63,033 nucleotides of DNA, taken from contig CAYTIW010000003.1 of NCBI GenBank assembly GCA_964438075.1, positions 16,734-79,766 of the forward strand. The letters run 5' to 3'. The position numbers and the translations under genes were made by a program. Positions 51,247 to 60,449 of the stretch are shown one piece after another (position 1 is the stretch's first letter; each line of letters begins with the position of its first letter). Origin of the DNA: an uncultured Planctomycetales bacterium. Lineage in GTDB: Bacteria > Omnitrophota > Gorgyraeia > Zapsychrales > Fredricksoniimonadaceae. Below the pieces are notes generated by a model. That model was not told the origin of the DNA. It worked only from the letters and a program-made list of their open reading frames with translations, and ran no database searches.

Positions 51247-52635
51247 GTGTCCCGTGAGATTTTGATTCACGTCGCCGATGCGGAGCGACGGGTTGCTATC
51301 ATTGACAACAAGAAATTAGACGACTTTTATATAGAACTTGACCGCTACCAGTCTATACTCGGCAATATCTACAAAGGTCGGGTCGAATCCATCCTTCCTT
51401 CCATCAATGGCGCATTTGTCAATATTGGCCAGGACCGGAATGGCTTTCTATACCTGACCGATGCTGACCACCCGCATGTCGATGACTTCACGCATGGTGC
51501 CTCGGCCAGATCACCTGTTGGCCAGAGTTTCTTGGACAAGCTTCTTAACCGCAAGCCTAAGCCCGGCGAATCCGGTATGGAAAAGGGCGGTGAAAAGAAG
51601 GAGGGCGATGGCCGAGAAGACCGTGGAGGGAGACGGCACCGCGGTAAAGGCAAGCCCAGTTCTCTCAAGGTGGGCCAGGAAGTATTGGTCCAGATAGAGA
51701 AAGATCCTTTCGGCACCAAAGGGGCTCGCCTTACCACTCATCTATCCATCCCCGGTCGTTTTATTGTCTACATGCCTTACGATAATCACCTGGGGGTTTC
51801 GCAGAAGATAGAATCTCCGGAAGAGCGCCAGCGGTTGCGCGAGGTCCTGAAAGAGGCTGATTTTGTAAAGGAAGGCGGGTTTATAATCCGCACCGTTTCG
51901 GCCGGGCAGGACAAGCGGGAACTGCTGAATGACGCTCGCTTTGTACACGATAAATGGCAAAAAGTCCTGAAGCTGGCCAAGGAGAAGAAGGCTCCGGCGT
52001 TGATATATAAGGAAGGCGATATTATTTGGAAAGTCGTCCGGGACTTCTTCCGGGATGATGTTTCAGCCATCCATGTGGACTCCCGCGATGAATATGAAAA
52101 GATCTGCAAATATATCGAAGCGCTGGTCGATAAAAAGGCTTTGAGGAAGGTCCACTATTACGGCGGCGAGGTGCCGATCTTCGAGTCGCACAAGATCTCG
52201 AACGAACTGGAGAAGATATACGACCAGAAGGTATTCCTGAAGACCGGGGCTTACATTGTTATAGAACCGACGGAAGGCGTAACGGTAATAGATGTCAACA
52301 GCGGCCGTTACAAGGTCCAGGCCTCACCGGAAGAGGCGGCTTTCAATGTCAATATGGAAGCCGCTCCGGAAATAGCACGCCAATTAAGGTTGCGCGACCT
52401 CGGCGGTATTATCGTTATCGATTTTATCGATATGTCCCGCGAGGAGCACAAGCGCAAGGTTTTGGATATTTTGCGGGCCGAGTTGTCCAAGGACACCGCC
52501 AAGACCGAGGTGAACCGGATATCCAATCTGGGGCTGGTGGAGATGACACGCGAGCGCACCGGCAAGACCCTGGAATCCATCAAGTTCGCGGAATGCCCCT
52601 ATTGCCGGGGCCGGGGAAAAGTCAGGATAGATTAA
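51247..52635 (+). CDS. rng: Ribonuclease G/E family endoribonuclease
   Basis: S1 domain (GNIYKGRVESILPSINGAFVNIG), KDPFGTKGARLTTHLSIPGRFIVYMP, DNase-I-like region ..VIDVNSG.., ..GGIIVIDFIDM.., and Zn-link CPYCRGRG. I chose GTG 51247, 5 nt after AAGGAG. The track start TTG 51124 adds 41 non-conserved residues. Confidence 0.85.
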   Translation: MSREILIHVADAERRVAIIDNKKLDDFYIELDRYQSILGNIYKGRVESILPSINGAFVNIGQDRNGFLYLTDADHPHVDDFTHGASARSPVGQSFLDKLLNRKPKPGESGMEKGGEKKEGDGREDRGGRRHRGKGKPSSLKVGQEVLVQIEKDPFGTKGARLTTHLSIPGRFIVYMPYDNHLGVSQKIESPEERQRLREVLKEADFVKEGGFIIRTVSAGQDKRELLNDARFVHDKWQKVLKLAKEKKAPALIYKEGDIIWKVVRDFFRDDVSAIHVDSRDEYEKICKYIEALVDKKALRKVHYYGGEVPIFESHKISNELEKIYDQKVFLKTGAYIVIEPTEGVTVIDVNSGRYKVQASPEEAAFNVNMEAAPEIARQLRLRDLGGIIVIDFIDMSREEHKRKVLDILRAELSKDTAKTEVNRISNLGLVEMTRERTGKTLESIKFAECPYCRGRGKVRID

Positions 52636-52927
52636 GATGTTTGTTCGCAGGTCCTGTTGTCAGCCGCCTCCGCAGTTGCCAGATTGGCTGGTCGGTACTC
52701 TGGCCTTTGGCATGTTGATCCTTTTTGGCGCCTATGCGGTCTTGCTTGTTAAAACTTTATTTTGAAAGCAAATCGGCCAGGGCAAAATAATTGCTCGCAA
52801 AAAAAAGTTTTTTTCATATAATATTGGCTCCCGATTTCTATTCGTTCAAACTCGGCCGGTCCAGCCAGCGATATGCATACCGTTGCCGGGGATGATGATA
52901 AGCAATTAACATGCATTGGAGGTACAT

Positions 52928-53239
52928 ATGTACGCAGTTATTGACATCGGCTCCTTCCAGTTCAAGGTTTCGGAAGGTGATTTGATTGACGCGCCCAAAC
53001 TTGACCGCGATGTAGGGCAGCAGTTCGATGTGGCAGAGGTCCTTCTTATCGCCGACGGTGAGGATGTCAAAGTCGGCAGTCCCTATGTTAAGGGGGCAAA
53101 AGTCACCTTGGAAGTCGTAAAACAGTTCAGGGACAAGAAGGATTACAAGTTCATTTACCGCAAGCGTAAAGATTGGCGCAAGAAACAAGGGCATCGCCAG
53201 GAACTTACAGCTTTGAAGGTGGCGAAGATAAGCGCGTAA
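52928..53239 (+). CDS. rplU: 50S ribosomal protein L21
   Basis: MYAVIDIGSFQFKVSEGD...KRKDWRKKQGHRQELTALKV. RBS GGAGG upstream. Confidence 0.92.
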   Translation: MYAVIDIGSFQFKVSEGDLIDAPKLDRDVGQQFDVAEVLLIADGEDVKVGSPYVKGAKVTLEVVKQFRDKKDYKFIYRKRKDWRKKQGHRQELTALKVAKISA

Positions 53240-53269
53240 TTGCAGGATTAACCCTATGGTCATACGTCG

Positions 53270-53320
53270 GGCGTCAGGCGTGAAAAGACCTTGGTCTTTT
53301 TCCGTCTGACGTCTTTTTTT
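53270..53320 (+). terminator. Long compound hairpin plus T7 between rplU and obg (terminator/attenuator-like)
   Basis: The outer stem is GGCGTCAGGCG (53270-53280) / CGTCTGACGTC (53303-53313), with 2 G-U pairs. The inner stem is AAAAGAC / GTCTTTT. T7 (53314-53320) directly abuts the obg ATG. Confidence 0.6.
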
Positions 53321-54292
53321 ATGGCATTCGTTGATACGGCACGCATAAAAGTTAAGGCTGGCGACGGCGGCAAAGGCTGTGAAAGCCATTATCGCGATCT
53401 GTGGATGAGGTATCCTCGCGCGGACGGCGGTGACGGCGGTGACGGCGGGAGCGTTATCTTTGTCTCCGATCCGCACATGCAGACCCTTCTGGATTACCGG
53501 TTCCAGCAGCATTACCAGGGTAAACGGGGCGGGCACGGTTCCAGCAAGGGAGCGGCCGGCAAGGACGGTGATGATTGTGTCCTGCGGGTCCCGGTGGGGA
53601 CCGTGCTTTGGGACGACGGGACCGGATTGCTGATACGCGACCTGACCAAACCCGGCGAGAAAGTGGTGGTGGCCAAGGGGGGAAAGGGCGGCATCGGGAA
53701 CCAGCGCCGAAAGACCGTGGTCCCTCCGACCCAGGGAGAAGAAAAAGTCATTCGTCTGGAGTTAAAGATCATTGCGGACGTCGGGATAGTGGGTTTGCCC
53801 AATGCCGGCAAATCCACCCTGATCACCAGTATTTCCAAGGTGCGCTCCAAGATCGCCCCGTACCCGTTCACGACCAAGCAGCCCATACTGGGGATAGTGG
53901 AGGCCGGGGAATTCAAATTCGTCATAGCTGATCTGCCCGGGCTGATCGAGGGCGCGCATCTGGGCCGCGGCCTCGGCCATCAGTTCCTGAAACACGCCGA
54001 GCGTACCAAGATCCTTCTACAGGTCATCGACATGGCGGGCACTGAGGACCGCGACCCGCTGGATGATTATGAGACCATAAACCTGGAACTGGAGCAGTAT
54101 AGTAACGAACTGGCGCACAAGCCGAAGATAATTGTGGCCAACAAGATGGACCTGGCCGGGGCAAAAAAACATCTCAAACGCTTCCGTAAGGAGTATGATG
54201 TTGATATTATTGAAATATCGGCTTTGGACAAGAACGGGCTCGACACGTTGTTGGATAAAATAGTCGACATCCTGAAAGAAAAAGGTCAATGA
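53321..54292 (+). CDS. obg: GTPase Obg/CgtA
   Basis: MAFVDTARIKVKAGDGGKGC... is the Obg fold with Gly-rich repeats (DGGDGGDGG). The G domain carries GLPNAGKST, DLPGLIEGA and NKMD. Confidence 0.92.
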   Translation: MAFVDTARIKVKAGDGGKGCESHYRDLWMRYPRADGGDGGDGGSVIFVSDPHMQTLLDYRFQQHYQGKRGGHGSSKGAAGKDGDDCVLRVPVGTVLWDDGTGLLIRDLTKPGEKVVVAKGGKGGIGNQRRKTVVPPTQGEEKVIRLELKIIADVGIVGLPNAGKSTLITSISKVRSKIAPYPFTTKQPILGIVEAGEFKFVIADLPGLIEGAHLGRGLGHQFLKHAERTKILLQVIDMAGTEDRDPLDDYETINLELEQYSNELAHKPKIIVANKMDLAGAKKHLKRFRKEYDVDIIEISALDKNGLDTLLDKIVDILKEKGQ

Positions 54293-54302
54293 GTTCGAAA
54301 CT

Positions 54303-55403
54303 ATGGAAAGAAAATTCCCTCGTAAACTGAAAAGGGTAGTGATCAAGGTCGGTTCCAGCCTGCTGGCCAATCAGCTGATGAAACCGCATGAGGCGTCCCT
54401 GCGGTCTTTGGTGGACCAGATGTGCGATCTGGGCGACCGGGGCATTGAAGTGGTCTTTGTCAGTTCCGGGGCGATAGCGTTGGGTTTGGGAGAACTGGGT
54501 GAGCGGGTGCGTCCCTCGGACACGCCTTCCCTGCAGGCCGCCGCCGCGATAGGACAGGCGCTGTTGATGCGCCTGTATTGCGATTATTTCAAGTCCCGGC
54601 AGCGCACATGCGCCCAGGTCCTTTTGACCTGGGACGATTTTGCCGACCGCACCCGTTTCAACAACGCCCGCAATACGCTGAAGGTCCTTCTGGAACGCGG
54701 GGTCACCCCGATAATCAACGAGAACGACACCATATCTACCGACGAGATCAGATTCGGCGACAATGACAAGCTGTCGGCGCTTGTGGCGAGCCAGGTCCAT
54801 GCCGACCTTCTGGTGATGCTTTCGGATGTGGACGGCCTTTATAAAAGGGAAGACGGTAAACTTACGGAACTTTTCAAGGAAATACGAGAGATCACTGCCT
54901 TGATTGAGAATTCCGCCGGCGGTGTCGTCAACAAGAACATTTCCAAGGGGGGCATGAAGACCAAGCTGGATGCGGTCAAGATTGCCTCATCCGCCAACGT
55001 GCCGTGCGTTATCGCCAACGGGCAGACGCCTGATGTCATCCGTCGGGTAGTGATAGAACGCGAAGCGCTGGGGACGCTTTTTTATGAGAGATCGCAGAAG
55101 CTGCTCACGCGCAAACACTGGATCAGCTTTGTGGCCAAGCCCAAGGGGCGGGTCACGGTGGATGACGGGGCCAAACGCGCCCTCCTGAAAGGCACGGTCA
55201 GCCTGCTGCTCCCGGGGGTTGTCCGCGGCGAAGGTTCGTTCAAGGCCGGTGATGTGGTCATAGTCGAGGATCTGAGCGGCCGGGAGATCGCCCGCGGGAT
55301 CAGCAATTATTCAGCGGCAGACCTGGTCCGGATAGAGGACAAGAAAGCCAAACGCGAGTTTATCCATATCGATGACATGGTGCTGGCGGAGAAGCCGGCT
55401 TAA
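54303..55403 (+). CDS. proB: Glutamate 5-kinase with a C-terminal PUA domain
   Basis: ..VIKVGSSLL.., ..PIINENDTISTDEIRFGDNDKLSALVA.., and a PUA-like C-terminus (GRVTVDDGAKRALLKG..SLL..GV). Confidence 0.9.
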   Translation: MERKFPRKLKRVVIKVGSSLLANQLMKPHEASLRSLVDQMCDLGDRGIEVVFVSSGAIALGLGELGERVRPSDTPSLQAAAAIGQALLMRLYCDYFKSRQRTCAQVLLTWDDFADRTRFNNARNTLKVLLERGVTPIINENDTISTDEIRFGDNDKLSALVASQVHADLLVMLSDVDGLYKREDGKLTELFKEIREITALIENSAGGVVNKNISKGGMKTKLDAVKIASSANVPCVIANGQTPDVIRRVVIEREALGTLFYERSQKLLTRKHWISFVAKPKGRVTVDDGAKRALLKGTVSLLLPGVVRGEGSFKAGDVVIVEDLSGREIARGISNYSAADLVRIEDKKAKREFIHIDDMVLAEKPA

Positions 55404-55416
55404 GCTGAGAGGATTT

Positions 55417-56673
55417 ATGGAGCAGGTCAAGACATTATTACAACAAGTGCAGGGCGCCAAGAAAGCGGCCTTGCAGTTGGCACTGGTTCCGGCCAAGGAA
55501 AAGGACCGGGCCCTCAGGGCCATGGCCAAGCGGCTGTGGGCGCGGCGCTCTTTCATCATCAAGGAGAATGCTCAGGACCTTGCTGCCGCCCAGGAGGCCG
55601 GACTGTCCAAGGCGCTTATCGACCGTCTGGCGCTCAATGATCAGCGTGTGAAGTCGATGTCCGACGGCATATTGGATATCGTTCAGCTTGAGGATCCGGT
55701 CGGCGAAGTGATGGCCAGCTGGAAGCGCCCTAACGGTTTGCGGATAAAGAAGGTCCGCGTCCCTATCGGTGTGGTGGGGATCATATATGAATCACGTCCG
55801 AACGTGACCGCGGATTGCGCTGCACTATGCTTGAAGTCCGGCAATGCCGTGGTCCTACGCGGAGGCAAGGAAGCGATCAATTCCAACCGGGCGATATTTG
55901 AAGTCCTGAGCGGCGCTTTGAGGGACACCAAAGTGCCTCCGGAGGCGGTCCAGTTCATCGATACGACCGATCGTGAGGCGGTTATCGAATTGCTGCGCCA
56001 GGACCAGTGTGTGGATCTTATAGTGCCCCGCGGGGGAGAAGGCCTGATACGTTTTGTCGCTGAGAATTCGCGTATCCCGGTCGTGAAACACTATAAAGGT
56101 GTTTGCCATGTTTATGTTTCCGGCAAGGCGGATCTCAAGATGGCTGAAGAGATCGTCTTCAACGCCAAGGTCCAGCGTCCGGGCGTCTGCAATGCGATCG
56201 AGAAGATGCTGGTCCACCGCAAGGTGGCCAAGACATTCTTGCCGGTCATGGCCAGACGTTTAAGGTCCGCCGGGGTGGAGATACGCGGCGACGAGGAGAC
56301 TTGCGCGATAATCCCGGATGCGGTCCCGGCCACGGCCCAGGACTGGAGCGAGGAATATCTGGACCTTATCCTGACGGTCAAGGTCATAGGCGATGTCCAG
56401 GAGGCGGTGGAACACATCAACAAATACGGCACCCGGCATTCGGACGCTATTGTGACCAGGGACAAAAAGGAAGCGGAAGCGTTCCTCAGGGGAGTGGATT
56501 CGGCCTGCGTTTACCTTAACGCTTCAACGCGTTTTACCGACGGATACGAATTCGGCCTCGGTGCCGAGGTGGGCATATCAACGGACAAGATCCATGTCCG
56601 GGGGCCCATGGGGCTGGAAGGCCTGACATCTTACAAGTACGAGATCTACGGTAACGGGCAAATAAGGAAATAG
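55417..56673 (+). CDS. proA: Glutamate-5-semialdehyde dehydrogenase (gamma-glutamyl phosphate reductase)
   Basis: ..IYESRPNVTADCAALCLKSGNAVVLRGGKEA.., catalytic ..VCNAIEKMLVH.., ..GTRHSDAIVT.., ..ASTRFTDGYEFGLGAE... I chose the start at ATG 55417; the track start 55372 overlaps proB. Confidence 0.9.
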   Translation: MEQVKTLLQQVQGAKKAALQLALVPAKEKDRALRAMAKRLWARRSFIIKENAQDLAAAQEAGLSKALIDRLALNDQRVKSMSDGILDIVQLEDPVGEVMASWKRPNGLRIKKVRVPIGVVGIIYESRPNVTADCAALCLKSGNAVVLRGGKEAINSNRAIFEVLSGALRDTKVPPEAVQFIDTTDREAVIELLRQDQCVDLIVPRGGEGLIRFVAENSRIPVVKHYKGVCHVYVSGKADLKMAEEIVFNAKVQRPGVCNAIEKMLVHRKVAKTFLPVMARRLRSAGVEIRGDEETCAIIPDAVPATAQDWSEEYLDLILTVKVIGDVQEAVEHINKYGTRHSDAIVTRDKKEAEAFLRGVDSACVYLNASTRFTDGYEFGLGAEVGISTDKIHVRGPMGLEGLTSYKYEIYGNGQIRK

Positions 56674-56770
56674 AAGGATAACCAGGGTCCGCTGCAGATG
56701 GAGCGGGGAAAGTCCGGGGCGGTCCCCGGGCTTCCTATCCAGCTGCGGCAGTGCTCTGATCGCTGATGGT

Positions 56771-57352
56771 ATGAAAAAGATCGGACTGCTAGGGGGCACT
56801 TTTGATCCCATTCACATTGGACATCTGCTGATGGCCCGCACGGCCATGGAGCAGCTGCGCCTGGATAAGGTTATTTTTATACCCTCCTGTGTGCCTCCCC
56901 ACAGGAAAGTGCCGACCCTGTTTGCCGCCGAGGACCGTTTGGAAATGGTCAGGAGAGCGGTACTGCTGGCCCCGGGGTTCGAGGTTTCCGACTTTGAGAT
57001 AAAGAAAGGCGGTAAGTCATATTCGGTCGATACCGTGCGTCATTTCCGGGACACACTGGGGAAGAACGCCAAGCTGTTCTTTTTGGTGGGGGGCGACGCG
57101 ATCAAGGAACTTGACTCCTGGAAGGAGATCGAGCGGCTGAAAAAGCTCTGCTCATTCGTTTCCGTCAATCGTCCCGGTTATCCGCGCGGCGAGGAGAAGT
57201 TACGTTATCGTGCGGTCACCATGAACGGGATAGAAATGTCCTCCACTGAGATCCGTAAGCGCATCCTGGCCGGCAAATCCATTCAGTTCCTTGTGCCAGA
57301 CGGTGTTTTGGGTTATATTAAGTCCAAAAATTTATACAAAATCAGGAGCTAG
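56771..57352 (+). CDS. nadD: Nicotinate-nucleotide adenylyltransferase
   Basis: GLLGGTFDPIHIGHL (the HxGH nucleotidyltransferase motif) and ..SSTEIRKRI.. (ISSTxxR). Confidence 0.88.
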   Translation: MKKIGLLGGTFDPIHIGHLLMARTAMEQLRLDKVIFIPSCVPPHRKVPTLFAAEDRLEMVRRAVLLAPGFEVSDFEIKKGGKSYSVDTVRHFRDTLGKNAKLFFLVGGDAIKELDSWKEIERLKKLCSFVSVNRPGYPRGEEKLRYRAVTMNGIEMSSTEIRKRILAGKSIQFLVPDGVLGYIKSKNLYKIRS

Positions 57353-57363
57353 AAAGGTTTTTT

Positions 57364-58788
57364 ATGGGCAACGTGAGGGACATAATAAAGTTCGGCACTG
57401 ACGGCTGGCGCGCAATAATAGCGGATACCTTTACTTTCGAGAACGTTGCCGTCCTTTCGCAGGCGTTCGCGGTATGGGTCAATAAGGATGCCCGCCGGAT
57501 AGAGGGTGAACCCCTTCGGGTAGCGGTCGGGTACGACAACCGTTTTCTCTCAAAGGAGTTTGCGGAAACGGTCGCTTCCGTTCTGGCGGCTAACGGAGTT
57601 GCGGTCGTTCTGTCGGACTCCTCTCTCCCTACGCCGGCCTTGAGCCTGGCCACGCGGGATCTTAAATGTGTGGCCGGGGTGGTCATCACCGCCAGTCATA
57701 ATCCGCCCGACTATAACGGGTTCAAGATCAAGACCGCCGAAGGCGGCGGGGCAGGCAAGAATATTACCGATGCCGTCGAGAACTATCTTGGCGTGGAAGC
57801 CGTGAGGAAGGTGGATTTCAAGCAGGCGGTCGCGGATGGCAGGGTCAAGGTGATGGATCTCAAAAAGGATTATCTAAAATTCATCCGCGGGTACGTCAAC
57901 CTCAAGAAGATCAGGCCTGCCCGTTTCCGCCTGATCCAGGACGTGATGTATGGTTCGGGGGGCACTTTGTTGGCGCAGTCGCTCAAGGGGACCCAGATCA
58001 ACGTGGAGTTGCTGCATGCCGAGATGAACCCCGGGTTCGGGGGAACGCGGCCGGAGCCTCTCCCGCAGTATCTGGCGCTTCTTACAGAGAAAATGAGAAA
58101 AGGCAGGTATGACCTGGGGCTGGTACTGGACGGCGATGCCGACCGGATCGCGGCGGTCCTGCCGGGAGGAGAATTTTTGTCTCCGCAGAAGATACTGGCC
58201 CTCCTTGCATTGCATTTGTGGAAGAACCGCGGCAAACGGGGCGGTATAGTAAAGACCATCTGCGGCACGACAATGATCGACAATATGGCCAAGGCCCATG
58301 CCATTCCGCTTTATGAAACGCCGGTAGGATTCAAGTACATCTCCGACCTTATGCTTACCAAGGATATAATCGCCGGTGGAGAAGAAGCAGGCGGTATGGG
58401 TTTGCCGAACTACATACCGGAACGGGACGGTATCCTGGCGGGTTTGTTGCTTCTGGAAATGATGGTCTATGAGAAGAAGAACATGAAGAAGATCCTCGCC
58501 GAGGTGGAGAAGCAGTACGGGCGTTATTATTACGACAAGACCCAGATATCTTTAAAAGAAAAAGTTAGAACGCTTGATCCGGTCAAGCGTATCCAGCAAG
58601 TGCTTGGGAAAAAGGTGGTAGGCGTTAAGGATTACGATGGGGTCAAACTGGAACTGGAGGACGACAGTTGGATAATGGTCCGCGCTTCCGGTACCGAGCC
58701 GATCTTGCGCGCTTACGCCGAGTCCAGGACCGCTAAACGCACCAAGGAATTGCTTAATTACGCTTTAGATTTGGCCAAAACATTATAA
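57364..58788 (+). CDS. Alpha-D-phosphohexomutase family protein (phosphoglucomutase/phosphomannomutase)
   Basis: FGTDGWRA.., active-site loop ITASHNPPDYNGFK, metal loop LDGDADR, sugar loop GGEEAGG, and phosphate loop RASGTEP. Confidence 0.88.
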   Translation: MGNVRDIIKFGTDGWRAIIADTFTFENVAVLSQAFAVWVNKDARRIEGEPLRVAVGYDNRFLSKEFAETVASVLAANGVAVVLSDSSLPTPALSLATRDLKCVAGVVITASHNPPDYNGFKIKTAEGGGAGKNITDAVENYLGVEAVRKVDFKQAVADGRVKVMDLKKDYLKFIRGYVNLKKIRPARFRLIQDVMYGSGGTLLAQSLKGTQINVELLHAEMNPGFGGTRPEPLPQYLALLTEKMRKGRYDLGLVLDGDADRIAAVLPGGEFLSPQKILALLALHLWKNRGKRGGIVKTICGTTMIDNMAKAHAIPLYETPVGFKYISDLMLTKDIIAGGEEAGGMGLPNYIPERDGILAGLLLLEMMVYEKKNMKKILAEVEKQYGRYYYDKTQISLKEKVRTLDPVKRIQQVLGKKVVGVKDYDGVKLELEDDSWIMVRASGTEPILRAYAESRTAKRTKELLNYALDLAKTL

Positions 58789-58890
58789 GTCAACCGTCCG
58801 CGATCTTAGTACCAGGAGGCCCGCTTAACCATGGCCAGGAAGGTTAGCTCTCATCCTTGCCTATTTTTGATCCCGCGGGGTTGCTGACTT

Positions 58891-59487
58891 ATGAGCGAAT
58901 TCTTTAGAACAATTTATTACTGGCTGGCGGTCGGTTTTGTATCGTTGGTCAGTTTTATTTTTTACCCCTGCCGCGCCTACGGCCGCGAGAATGTCCCCAA
59001 GACCGGCGGATGTATTTTAGCTTCCAACCACGAGAGCAATGTCGATCCGATCCTGCTTCCGGTTGTTTGTCCCAGGCAGATGCGTTTTATGGCGAAGGAT
59101 TCCCTGTTCCGCAATCCGGTTTTGGGAGCGTTGATACGCTGGGGCGGGGGTTTCCCGGTCAGGCGTTCCAGCGCCGATCGTGCTGCCATGAAAGAATTCC
59201 TCCGCCAGCTTAAACTGGGATATGCCGTGCTTATCTTTCCTCAGGGAACCAGGGGGGGCAGCAAGGTGCAGGTCGGGGTCGGTTTCTTTGCTGTTTCCAG
59301 CGGCGCCCCGGTAGTACCTGTTTACATCGACGGCACGGAAAAGGTTTTGCCCAAAGGGGAGAAATTCCCCCGGCGGACGCCGGTCACGGTAACTTTTGGA
59401 GTGCCCTTTTCTTTACCCCGGGATATGCCTTATGAAGATGCAGCGGAAAAAGTGATGGAGAAAATAAATGCCCTTGCCCCCGCGTGA
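58891..59487 (+). CDS. plsC: 1-acyl-sn-glycerol-3-phosphate acyltransferase
   Basis: NHESNVDP (the HX4D motif), ..FPVRR.., ..IFPQGTR.., and ..PVVPVYI... Confidence 0.85.
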   Translation: MSEFFRTIYYWLAVGFVSLVSFIFYPCRAYGRENVPKTGGCILASNHESNVDPILLPVVCPRQMRFMAKDSLFRNPVLGALIRWGGGFPVRRSSADRAAMKEFLRQLKLGYAVLIFPQGTRGGSKVQVGVGFFAVSSGAPVVPVYIDGTEKVLPKGEKFPRRTPVTVTFGVPFSLPRDMPYEDAAEKVMEKINALAPA

Positions 59488-60256
59488 CCGCGACCCTCAA
59501 GAGAACGATTATGACCGGATGCTTTTGGAGTCGCTGACCCTTATCGATACTTGTCGAAAATACAATTCCTGGCTGGCAAGCCATTTTATTCCTTGGTTAA
59601 GAGGAGATGTCATAGAGATCGGGAGCGGGATCGGCAGTCTGGCTCAGTATTATGACATTGGTTCCGTAAGGTCCGCTTTTCTGACCGATATCTCACCATC
59701 GATGCTGCGTCGTCTCGAAGACCGTTTCGGGGCCCACCCCAAATGCCATATACGGGAACTGGATATCTTGGCGCCTTCCGGCTTACCTGCGGATATGCTG
59801 GCGCGCTTCGATTGCCTGATATGTTTGAATGTGCTGGAACATATTGAGGATGACCGCCAGGCCTTGGCCCGGATGTATGACATGCTCAAGCCTGGCGGCA
59901 GGTTATTGCTGCTGGTCCCGGCTTTGCCGCTGTTATATGGCTCTATTGATAAGGCCGCGGGCCATTTCCGCCGTTATTCAAAGAAAGGACTCCTCGCGCT
60001 CACTTCAGCTTTCGGTTTTGAAACCATTAACTCCTATTATGTTAATTTCTTCGGCATCCTGACCTGGTTCCTATCCAGCCGTATCCTCTTGAGACAAAAT
60101 ATTCCCCCGTCCGGGTGCCGAGCGCTGGACAAGGTGGTCCCGTTCTTACGCTTCCTCGAGTCCGGTCCCAAGCCGCCTATCGGTCAGTCGCTGGTCTATG
60201 TTGGAACAAGGCCGAATGGTCAGCCCGCAGAGTATTTACGGCCCGGGAAAGTTTAA
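59468..60256 (+). CDS. Class I SAM-dependent methyltransferase
   Basis: Motif I VIEIGSGIGSL, ..CLNVLEHIEDD.., ..LKPGGRLLLLVP... The start is uncertain: ATG 59468 overlaps plsC by 20 nt, and ATG 59519 is the alternative. Confidence 0.75.
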   Translation: MPLPPRDRDPQENDYDRMLLESLTLIDTCRKYNSWLASHFIPWLRGDVIEIGSGIGSLAQYYDIGSVRSAFLTDISPSMLRRLEDRFGAHPKCHIRELDILAPSGLPADMLARFDCLICLNVLEHIEDDRQALARMYDMLKPGGRLLLLVPALPLLYGSIDKAAGHFRRYSKKGLLALTSAFGFETINSYYVNFFGILTWFLSSRILLRQNIPPSGCRALDKVVPFLRFLESGPKPPIGQSLVYVGTRPNGQPAEYLRPGKV

Positions 60257-60287
60257 GTATCTCGACGGTTCGTAGTATAAATACTAT

Positions 60288-60315
60288 TTGACAATTTTAC
60301 TATATTATTGATAAT
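60288..60315 (+). promoter_or_regulatory. Near-consensus sigma70 promoter for rpsA
   Basis: TTGACA (60288-60293), a 16-nt spacer, then GATAAT (60310-60315). Alternatively a 17-nt spacer with ATAATT. An AT-rich upstream tract is present. Confidence 0.6.
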
Positions 60316-60449
60316 TAAAGCCCATTGGCCTGAGGCCTAATGATCCTAATATAAACAGGTAGCCTGGCCATCAGGGGCAGGCCAGATTTGCGGCGCCGCC
60401 AGGGGGCGGTGTCGTCAGCTTAAAAAACAGGGAAAGGTGTGTATTAACC

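Noticed and set aside
56705-56729. GGGGAAAGTCCGGGGC, reminiscent of the conserved GAGGAAAGUCCGGGC core of RNase P RNA
   Set aside because: The whole proA-nadD gap is only 97 nt, far too short for an RNase P RNA. The motif is part of a simple local hairpin (CCGGGG-CGGT-CCCCGG), and no other P RNA elements are present.
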